A stretch of DNA of 64,000 bases, taken from contig OZ024743.1 in the NCBI GenBank assembly GCA_964016885.1, positions 120,032,001 to 120,096,000 of the forward strand, in the 5' to 3' direction. How positions within the stretch are numbered: the stretch's first letter is position 1; the number at the start of each line of letters is the position of its first letter. Positions 53,084 through 64,000 of this stretch are shown here, piece after piece. The DNA is from Eledone cirrhosa. Taxonomy: Eukaryota. A model generated the notes under the pieces. That model was not told where the DNA came from. It did no database searches and saw nothing but the letters and a program-made list of their open reading frames with translations. Made by a program: the position numbers and the translations under genes.

Positions 53084-53323
53084 GTATATAAATATATATG
53101 TATATATATATATATGTATATATATATATGTATGTATGTATGTATGTATATGTATGTATGTATATGTATGTATGTATATATATATATATCTGTATATATA
53201 TATATATCTGTATATATATATATCTGTATATATATATATATGTATATATATATATGTATATATATATATGTATATGTATATATGTATATGTATATATACG
53301 TATATGTATATGTATGTATATAT
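52021..53323. repeat. 1.3-kb (TA)n/(TATATG)n array
   Basis: Direct reading. Confidence 0.97.
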
Positions 53324-54759
53324 CCAATCATGTGAACCGATGATTAATATAAGGCAATATTTAGAAAGGTACGGTGGTGGGGTGTAGAGGAGTGGAATGT
53401 TTACAATGTTCGATATTTTCATCACGCGGATTCTAGCATTTGAACGACTGCGACGATCTTAGCAACGACAACGATGATAATTATCATGATCACGATCGTG
53501 ATGATAATGATGAGTACGATCCTGATGATCATGATGATCATGATGTTGATGTTGATGTTGCTGATAGTTGTGGTGGTAGAGATGCGGGAGTTATTTGTGA
53601 GGTAGAGGTTGCTTAATGTTCATGATGTAGATAATCTGGATAATAGTTGTGGCCATAGCGGTTTTTGGTGACGACGCTTGTGTTATTTTTGTGGTAGTTG
53701 AGTTGAGTGTGGTAATGGTTCTTTCTGTGGTTTGGGTTCATATAATGAGATGATGATAAAGACAACGATGGCGAGATAGAAAAGGGCAATATTTAAAAAA
53801 GTATGATATATATATGGTCGTGTTCATAATGATTATAATTACGATCATAATTACAATCATAATCACGATTGTAGTCATGATTGTTATTATGTATATGATA
53901 ATCATTGATCGCAATTGTATTCTTTTTTTATTGTGATGATGACAATATTGTCGTTACTAGGAGTGTACAGTTGTAAATCGACAGAAAAAATAACAAATAG
54001 CCAATAAATGGGACAAAACGGAAGTATATATGTCAGCATGTTTAGATGGTTGGTCAGCTGAACGGTCGTCTTGGTGGTTGGCTGAATTGTTGGCAAGTGA
54101 ATGGGTCGATGTTAACGCCCGCCATTATATGATACTGCTTTTCTTCACTTCCTTCCCACCACTGCTCCATAATAATTCTAACTAACGACATTACTAGCAA
54201 TCATTGTTTTCAATCAGAGCACAACTTCTGTTTGATGTATGCCGTCAGAAGCCGTCCGCCAACTACTCTCCGACGTTTGTAGATGCCGTAAAGCAGACAA
54301 TATCGAACACCGGAAGTAGACAATTAAATGGCGTCGCATAGATTTTCGATTTATTTTTTCATTTATCTATTTATTTAATTTTTTTGTATTTTGTCGATCT
54401 CTTTTGTTTTTCGATTGTCTTTGATTTCTTTGTTTTGTTATAGAAAATTCTCATTATATAGCATACAATAGTAAGGTTCTTATGTGGTTTTGCATCGTTA
54501 GATATTTTATTCATTACATTGGTCACTGGGAGTTGCAGCTGATTTCCTAAGCCAGTAGAGATGGCGACTGTCAAGTGAAGAGTCGGTGGTTCGTGCCCAT
54601 GACAGAGACACTTTAAATATTGAATGGCCCGCACCAGCTAGTTGCAAATATGTTGCATTTGTATGTAGTTTGACAGCTTTAGTTTCATTGAATGAATGAG
54701 TATTTTGTACGGTTGCATACTGCATTCAAGTCTCTCCATGCGACAAGCAGCAATATTTT

Positions 54760-55040
54760 TTCTCTGGTGTAATCGGCATTAGACCCAGTCTTCATCATCC
54801 AACAGGCTAAACATGGCGAGCTGACAAATTACCTGCTACTCTCACATATATTTCTTGTTTAACACATAGTGGTAGAAATAACAGGAGATCTGAGCCCCAA
54901 ACCGCTTCCTTAGTCACTTCAGAATGTCGACTGCTATCCGTAAGAAGAACCAACAGGAGTTGAACTGGCTGTTTCAGCACATCCCCATAGCAATCCCCCA
55001 GAGTAACGCATTCGCCCTTTTGACCACATTGGCCATGTAA
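54760..55040 (+). mobile_element. Very degenerate CRE-like 3' fragment
   Basis: ELNWLFQHIPIAIPQSNAFALL resembles the WLFQWVSLAVL terminus of the 4060 copy. Confidence 0.5.
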
Positions 55041-55867
55041 TATTTACATGACATGCAGTGTCCCCCTTTCGTTGTAAAAGAATGTAACTGAAATTTCCTC
55101 CGGGTAATCAGTTTTCTAATATCCTGGTCATTGAATGTAGTTGTTATTTCTGTTATCGTTGCTGTTACTGCTGCTGTTGCTGTTGTTGTTGTTGTTGTTG
55201 TTGTTATTTAGCCCCAGATAAACCTTTAATCAGCTGACCTTTGATCGAATGCTTTAATAGCACGGCCTGCTCATCTTTCTTTAGAACCCTGTGTATCTAA
55301 GACTACATGATTTATCCTTTCCCATTTCTAGACTATAGTATTTTATTTAAGGGAGATTTGAATGCTATTTTGGGCAAGTCAATTGATTTCCCGTTGATCT
55401 CTATACTTGTTCTTGTGCTTTGTGCTCGAAAATGTGGTTGTTTTTATTGTTGTTGTTTTTTAGCCTTAAGTCACTCTTAATTGTGCAAACCGTGATCATA
55501 TACATGCCAGCAAATACCATCTCGTCTTGGTTAAAAGAATGTATGACTAGGTTATCGAAGTCTTCTTTCGTTATAAGGGATTTGTGAGAAATTTACCTGT
55601 TATTTCTAGCAAATCAAGAGACCACTTAGCGACCTCTTCGGTGGTACCACGATGATGTGTTTTTAGTTGTAAGTGTAATTTATAATGTCTTGGTGATTGG
55701 GAAATCCCTTGAAATACACAGCAGTTGGTAACACAATTTAATAAACAGTAATTCTCCATGTGATTTACTACTTCATGTATGAGCAATTTTGAATATGTAT
55801 ATATATGTATGAATATATAAATAATCGCGCGAAACCATTTTGCTGGCTTGAGAGCTGATGAGGGTGA

Positions 55868-56080
<213 letters not shown>

Positions 56081-56387
56081 AACGTGTCTTGTACGTCGCT
56101 TTTCTTTATTTCCTTCTTCCAGTCACTTTTATGCTCCAATACACTTCTCCTTGTCCTCCTCCTCTTTCAATCTTTTCTATATTTCATCAGCCTGTCACCC
56201 ACCTCGTGGATTGTCTCTCTGTTGACTACTGACCGCTGGTCTCTGTCCTTTAAGGCATTTTTTGCCCATCACTGTCTTCGACAGTATTTAGCTGTTTTAT
56301 CGGCTGTTCTGGCAATGAGTTTTCTCATTTTTATATGTATTTAAATACAAAGTAACTTCCTCTCGATCAGAGACAGCAATGTTTTTC

Positions 56388-56423
<36 letters not shown>

Positions 56424-56542
56424 AATCTTTGATCATTTCATCGAGTGTGCTGAAATATCACCAAAAATATCGCTCTTAAACCATCTCTCTTAATTTATAC
56501 AAACATTTTCATCCTGTTTCTCGTCCCAAACCTATAAAACAA

Positions 56543-56588
<46 letters not shown>

Positions 56589-56590
<2 letters not shown>

Positions 56591-57150
56591 TAGCAGTGGT
56601 ACCCGACGTTGCACGGGATAAGGTATTTTGGAACGCGTGCTACCAACATACCTAATCTTGGAAAACTGCATGCCTGGACAATATGTAAAGAAAATAAACC
56701 GAATACTCTGATGGCTGGATAATCTAAGATTTTCCTCGATGAAGCAGGAAAAATGCAGGTTTTCACCTAATGCGGGCCCTAGGAGATCAAGAAAATGAAT
56801 TTTTTTATGTGCATAATATGCCTTGAAATTTCGGGAAAACGCTTCAAAAAAGCCCTAAATAGCAGAAAAAATGAAGTGTTTCACCTAATACGAGCTCTAG
56901 GCCATAAAAAAGTTGGATTTTCTTTGATCACGGTATGAAGAAGAGACTGGCTAATACATAGTTACAATTTCAAGGAAATCGGTCTCACGTAACGCCTCAA
57001 AAAAACCCTAAAAAGCTGAAAAAACGCACTTTTTCACTTAATAACCTAGGGGATCAAAAGGTTGAATTGTTTATGTGCATAACACTCCCTGAAACATAAG
57101 TAATACACATGTAAAGTTTGAAAAAATTCGGTTGGGTACTTCTCGGGTTT
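56589..57150 (-). mobile_element. Non-autonomous Helitron-like element with internal tandem repeats
   Basis: Minus-strand 3' end CCCGTGCAACGTCGGG hairpin, ~8 nt, CTAGT; three internal units tttcac.taa..ctagg..aaa. Confidence 0.6.
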
Positions 57151-57263
57151 CACACACACACACACGCACGCACACACACACACACACACACACACGCACG
57201 CACACGCACACGCGCACACACGCGCACACACACACACACACACACATATGCATACATACATAC

Positions 57264-57873
57264 ATGGTGGCTGCCAATCCGTTTTCGAGTACGGCCACTA
57301 CTTTATATCCATGTAGGAGAACCCCTACCGATGCGCTGAACGAGTGTGACTTTTTAGTCCAGCCAGCCACTTGAAAACTCCGGTACAAACACTACACTTG
57401 TGACAATTATTGACACTTAGTGCTGGGCCTATGGTACCATGTGACGACAAGTGCAGAGAGATCTCCAGATATAAAGCAATGCCTGTGCCATGAAGCTTTT
57501 ATAGTGAGCAAAGGCACTGCAGAAAGTCAGTCCCACTCTCTTAACCAAGATGATATTTACCAAAAAGAAGAACAAGTCAACATCATTGGATACCATCAGG
57601 GCTTCAGGTGTTATATCAGAGTTTTCCTTCTCCTAGAATTCTGCCTTGACAAAGGCTAAGGGGTCATCTCTCCCGGTGATTTTGGATGGCCATTGACTTT
57701 TAAGAGCTCCTTTGCCCTTTGACAGGTTTTGTTTTTAGTCCTGCAGGATGTCCAAAGTCACCCTCCTCACCAAGAAACCTTGGTGGGGTTGCCAGTTTAG
57801 TCGCCAACGACCCGACCATGAGACAGGTTGTACTGGGATACATGTTACCAGTAGCACCAACTGGTGACCTGAC
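57264..57873 (-). mobile_element. ~610-bp RTE-derived element, copy D
   Basis: Near-identical to copies A and B. Confidence 0.85.
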
Positions 57874-58002
57874 ATAAACATACATAAAGTTGAATTTTTT
57901 TATGTGCATAACACTCCCTGAAACATACATACATACATACATACATACATACATACATACATACATACATACATACATACATACATACATACATACATAC
58001 AT

Positions 58003-61000
58003 TAGTCAACGCGATCAGTCGCATATTTTGGCGTGGGAGACTATTTATTAAATTTAAGATGAATACTATCTCCGACAGTAATGCCACAACTACAGCCAGG
58101 TTGAATAACTGGTTATTCTTCTAACTATCCCTTCTGAAGACACCTTTTATTCGAATTCGTAGAGATATCCGACTAAATACATAATTCATTTTACAAGGAT
58201 TTGCTACAAACAGCATGGCTGAACACAACATCAACAAAAAATTAAGGAAGTATCGAAGACAAATAACAAAGAAGGTAATCAAACTTTATTCAGTTGTAGC
58301 TACAGAAGAAACCGAAATTATAAATCGCATTTCTCTTGGACTTAATGATTATTTATTTAATTGTTATAAAATGGCAAAAAACAATCCCTCCATTGGCTAT
58401 ATGAATAGAATGAAGCTACACTGGGACGAAATGCACCCAGAGTTAAATTATTTCACAGCGAAACAATTACGCCAACAAGCGACGTTTGTTGAACGTAAAA
58501 ATAAGATAAATATTATTAATTGTAAGTCCCCCACAACAAACATGGAATCAACACGTGCTTCAGATCGCCATGCTACTAGACTTCCTAGCAGCCAGGTCGA
58601 ACAGCGCCTTGAAACAACTATGCCTGTAAGAAACTTAACACCACCTGTACCATCTAAGTCTACCTCGAATGCTGGGGAAAACACTATCGATAATAATAAT
58701 AATCGAAGAAATAAGAATAATAATCGAATAAATGTTACACCACGTATACCATCCGAGTCTACCTCGACTGTTGTGGAAAATACTATCGATAATGATAATC
58801 AAAAGTATAAACAATTGAAAATTTCCCTCAACGAAATCTTCCAGAGAGAAATTAACTCATGTATAAATATCTCTCTGGCTGAACGTGTTAAAATGATAAT
58901 GGTGAATAAAAAACCAAATAATTGTTTCTACTTTAGGCACAAGGCCAGCAAATTACCAGTACATTACTGGTACTTTATTTTATCGACCCCGTAAGGATGA
59001 AAGGCAAAGTTAACCTGGGCGGGATTTGAGGTTAACTTTGCCTTTCATCCTTACGGGGTCGATAAAATAAAGTACCAGTAATGCACTGGGTAATTTGCTG
59101 GCCTTGTGCCTAAAGTAGAAACAATTATTTGGTGTTTTTTTTATTCACCATTGTCAAAACAAATAATGAAATATTACGTGTTATTGACGAAATAGGGGAT
59201 GAATATTTACGACGGATAAAAACCCCAACATTTTAGCAAATCAACGCCTGTTTATATGCCTTAGCAATGACAGTGAAGCATTATCTCGGTGATAGCAGAG
59301 ATATTAACAAGAACAAAACACCACCAAAAATACCATCATATATAACTAAAATAGAAAATAAGAGTGCTGACCTACGAAAAAACATAGGACATGTGACAAT
59401 GCTCCTTACATGCAAACAAACACAAAAAAAAACCTCACTCCTCACCAACAAAGAGTGAAAAATAAAATAGAGACGATGTTTGGTATCAGTAGAACCAGAA
59501 CTCTCTAATATAAGCTGATCACCCTCAAACAAGAATTGAGAGCTGTTAGCGAAAAACGCCGATACCTGAAGAAGGTAGAAGAAAGAAAAATGCTTAATAA
59601 AAGATTCAGACGAAACCAAACATCAGTCTATAGAGATATGAAGGGCAAAATAATAAGTGTCACTGAGGCCCCAATCCCAGAAAGACATAGATTCCTTTTG
59701 GAGAAAAATATGGGGTGAAAAGAAGAATTTCAACCAAGATGCAGTGTGGCTAAAAGAATCCGAAAAAACTATTGCTCCTACACTACAACAAAAACATACG
59801 AAATAAGTGAAGGTACCCTTGAGACTGTGATAGGAAAACTCCAAGATAAGAAAACACCAGGAAGAGACATGATTGTCGGCTACTGGTACAAAAAAACTAA
59901 TATTCTATCGGAGGTATCTTACTGACCTCTACCAACAAGTTCTTAAGGGAGATACACTTATACCAGAATGGTTGACATTAGCACAAACGTTACTGGTCCC
60001 CAAGAACAAAGACACCCACTTGGCAAAAAACTACCGACCCATTGCATGCCAGGACCTGATGTATAAGATGTATACAGCCTGCCTGAACCTATTCCTCCAA
60101 GATCACTGTGAAAATAACATCATCATCACAGATGAACAAGCAGCTGGAAAGAAAAGGTTTTGGGGATGTGCTGAACAACTTCTAATCACAAAACTGCGAT
60201 GTCGGAGGTGCGACAACTTAGGAGGAATGATGATAGAGGCCCTCCAACTTGCTAAAGTCCCAGACATTATTGTCATAGCCTTAGAGAGGCTGTCTTCTTC
60301 TTGGGCTACTATCCTAAGGTTAAAAACAGAGAGGGAGGACTCTATTTTCACTGATAAAATAAAATATTGCAGGGGTATATTTCAGGGGGACAGTCTCTCT
60401 GTGATATTGTTCATCTTGTCATTAAACCCCTTGTCCTTTCTGCTCAAGAAATGTGAGGGATACATCATTGGCTCACAGGAGGACAGAAATACGAACCTAA
60501 CCCATAACTTAATTGTGGACGATCTGAAACTCTATGCCAAGAACATGGATGGGATGAAGAAAAATCTAGACCTGGTTACAACGTTCTCAAAGGATATAGG
60601 AATGGAGTTTGGCCAAGATAAATGCTCATACATGACTGTAAAGCGGGGAAAAACAACAACCCAATCTAGCAGCATTGTCATCAATGGTCTAACTGTTTCA
60701 CCGATACCTGATGAGGACTGCTACAGATACCTGGGGATAGATGAGAACATATCCTATAATGGTATCTGTAATAAAGAACGTGTAACCAGGGAATACTACA
60801 CCCGATTAAGAAAGATCTGGTCATCGGAACTCTCTGCGCAAAACAAAACAGTGGCTCACAATGTGTTTGCTGTGCCTGTCCTAACACCAACCTTTGGAAT
60901 ACTCAATTGGACGATAGACGAAATCCGAGCAGTTGATGTTGGAACTCGAAAAATACTGAACAACACCGGAAACTTCCACATCAACAGTGACATAGACCGC

Positions 61001-62030
61001 CTTTACTTGAAACGTAAGCAGGGAGGCAGAGGCCTAACATCAGTCCAGACAACATTTGAATGTCGCATCATATCTCTCCGACAACATATACGAACCTCGA
61101 AGCGTAGGAGCCCGCTTCTCGAGCAAGTCTATCTGCATGAAACAGATAAGAACATGAGAGTTGGGAAAGAACTCTTTGAGAGATATTCCCTGTGTGATAA
61201 TCAAAAACTCACACCCAGGGATGTCGCTCAGCAGTATCGCAGTGAATCCATGGATGAAAAACTGCATGCCTATCAGCAAAAAATCATGCATGGATATGTT
61301 GCCAGGAAGCTCCAGAGTGAGAGTAATATAGATAAGGAAACTAGTCTATCTTGGACCAACAATCGCTATATTGGCTCCCACTTTGAAGGATACGCTTTGC
61401 AATCCAAGAACAGGAGATTAGCACGAAATACCTGATTCACAAAAGAGATAGGGATGCAGGCAACACACCTAGATGTGATAACAAGTGCAGACTCTGCAGA
61501 ACTAACATCGAGGATATCACCCATGTCATCACACAATATAATATCAAAGATTAGTGAAAAGGAGAATATTTATGCAGAACTGATGAGAAATATGCAGATA
61601 CTCCACTCTGATTACACCTTCAGATTTATGCCTGTGATTATTGGGGCACTGGGATATGTTAGTAACTGCCTCAATACAAATCATGTGAAGCTAGGCTTCA
61701 CAGGAACAGAAAGAACACAACTAGTTAGGAAACTACAAGTACAATCCATTAATGGAACAGTAAAAATATGTAAAACATTCCAAAGATTTTGCATCTAATA
61801 ACTGCATATACACATGTACAGATACAAAGCATATACACATGCACACATGCAACTCAAAACATCCACATCCACACATACCATAGCATCCATATCTACACAT
61901 GAATGCATACATACATATCTACCTAGTTGATGTTGTGTAAATTCCAATGAGAGAGTCTTGTGTCTATGTTAGAAACCGACTCTCTCTCTCTCTATTGGTA
62001 AAACTTTGTGAAATTATAAAACCAGAAGAA
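58003..62030 (+). mobile_element. Near-full-length R4/Dong-clade LINE inserted in (CATA)n, pseudogenised
   Basis: N-terminal CY..GYMNRMKLHW..QLRQQ; NYRPIAC; GIFQGDSLS; VDDLKLYA; YRYLGI; DRLYLKRKQGGRGL; CRLC..EDITH; PVIIGALG; (CATA)n on both sides. Confidence 0.92.
58894..59156. repeat. SINE fold-back: inverted SINE 3' halves plus inverted flank
   Basis: 58894-59016 is the reverse complement of 59029-59156. Confidence 0.9.
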
Positions 62031-62077
62031 CATACATACATACATCCTTCCTCAGTTTTATATATATACATATATAG

Positions 62078-62281
62078 AATAAAATAACAGATTAAAGTTT
62101 AAGCAAAGAATCGTTGCTTTCACCCTTCACGGGATCTTCTGAAACTAAAAACATCAATCTGTGAACGCAGAAGTAAATATTTCGAAAAACGTTGCAACCG
62201 AAGGAAAACAGGAAGACGATACTTTGGTTCGGGAAGACGTTCCCTGGTAATGAACGGATAATAGCGAACATAATACGTCAT
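62078..62281 (-). mobile_element. Penelope-like terminal repeat with HHR, third copy
   Basis: Reverse complement matches 51817-52018. Confidence 0.85.
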
Positions 62282-62490
62282 CAATGTTCGTCAGAATGTC
62301 GTAATACAGACAGCCAGATATTATAAGAGCGCGGCGGAGGTGGATAACCGGCGCCTAACACCCCTTTAACAACAGAAAACTGAAAAATAAAAGCTGCAGT
62401 TAATATCTTTAGACAGCAAGGAATATATAAATGCAAGTTTGAAATCAATCGGAGTAGAAATGTGGATTTGTATAGACTTTGCAAAAATGA

Positions 62491-62561
<71 letters not shown>

Positions 62562-62572
62562 ACAACAGTTTC

Positions 62573-62638
<66 letters not shown>

Positions 62639-62799
62639 CCGCCAATATACTTTCTTAGATTTGAAAAAGGTGTTTTCACCTCGAAATCTCATGAAATATA
62701 ACGTAAAAATGTAAACTGCGGTTTTCACTATTATATTTCTAATTTCCGTTGTATTGGCTTTCCCTAAAATAATTGCAGCCACGCGAGCACAACACACAC

Positions 62800-62951
<152 letters not shown>

Positions 62952-63074
62952 TACAGACGGATGGACTATTTTCTAACTTCTTATAAGCGTTATATTAATA
63001 TGGCATAATTGTAATTTGTTGTTCTCAGATATTGTTTTTCTTTTTCGTGTTTTACTTATATATTGTGTGTGAGT

Positions 63075-63228
63075 GTGTATATTATATTATACCTCATATA
63101 TTATATATATTATATTATATTATATTATATTATATTATATTATATATTATATTATATTATATTATATTATATTATATTATATTATATTATATTATATTAT
63201 ATTATATTATATTATATTATATTATATT
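63075..63228. repeat. (TATTA)n pentanucleotide repeat
   Basis: Direct reading. Confidence 0.95.
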
Positions 63229-63229
63229 A

Positions 63230-63860
63230 AAATCCCACCGAGGTTAACTTTGCCTTTCACCCTTACGGGGTCGATAAAATAAAGTACCAGTAATGTACTG
63301 GTATAATTGCTGGCCTTGTGCCAAAAGTAGAAACAATTATATTATATTCCGCCGAGGTTGACTTTGCCTTTCATCCTTACGGGGTCGATAAAATAAAGTA
63401 CCAGTAATGCACTGGGTAATTGCTGGCCTTGTGCCTAAAGTAGAAACAATTATATTATATTATATTATATTATATTATATTATGCAGTGGATTGGGAGTA
63501 TCGGTAGAGGGTCAGACACCATGCCTTGCAGCATAGAGTTACGGCTCTTTATGGTCTGAGTTCAAATCCCGCCGAGGTTAACTTTGCCTTTCATCCTTAC
63601 AGGGTCGATAAAATAAAGTACCAGTAATGCACTTGGATAATTGCTGGCCTTGTGTCAAAAGTAGAAACAATTATATTATATTATATTATTAGGGCGGCGG
63701 ATTGGCAGTATCGGTACTTCGTCGGACACTATACGGCCTAGAGTTATGAACCTTTACATTCTGAGTTCAAATCCCGCTGAGGTTAGCTTTGCTTTTCATC
63801 CTTACGACTTTCCGCTCTCCCCAAATTACTGATCTTGTGCCCATAGTAGAAATCATTATA
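63230..63860 (+). mobile_element. Tandem array of four dominant-SINE copies separated by (TATTA)n
   Basis: Copies at ~63230-63338, 63347-63450, 63484-63672 and 63691-63856. Confidence 0.9.
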
Positions 63861-64000
63861 TTATATTAATATATACACATTTCCATGTGCATATACATAA
63901 CTTTCTGATGATATGATGATAAGCATGTTAATTAGTTAATTTGGGTCACGTGGAACAGCAGTTCAATGTGATTACCTGTCCAGGAGTTCTTCAACTGCTA

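Noticed and set aside
53455-53945. Asp/His-rich coding-like region
   Set aside because: Degenerate (GAT)n low-complexity DNA with frequent stops.
59873-61435. 520-aa ORF as a host gene or active RT
   Set aside because: Part of a Dong LINE with upstream stops and frameshifts, an RT deletion near 60190, an RLE deletion near 61530 and a SINE insertion.

Overview
Eukaryotic, AT-rich, gene-free window with very dense repeats. The SINE and LINE repertoire and the extreme microsatellite load suggest a coleoid cephalopod, probably an octopus (inference). No host exon could be supported, and almost all ORFs in the track are translated microsatellites. The recognisable content is decayed retroelements: RTE LINEs, two L1/Tx1 copies, a near-full-length R4/Dong-type LINE plus fragments, CRE-like RLE fragments, a CR1/L2 scrap and a Penelope-like GIY-YIG element. 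There are also about 20 tRNA-derived SINE copies, a ~610-bp non-autonomous RTE-derived element in (CATA)n arrays, Tc1/mariner and hAT MITEs, and Helitron-like ends. The most striking signal is a set of (TA)n-embedded, mostly fold-back non-coding elements that carry hammerhead ribozyme (HHR) motifs. These include conventional type I HHRs and a U4A core variant seen in three copies. Two diverged fold-back elements (9.3-10.1 kb and 20.6-21.0 kb) share a covarying hammerhead-like motif whose three core strands lie in a scrambled, pseudoknotted order that is not a circular permutation. All structures were derived by eye and need computational and biochemical tests.
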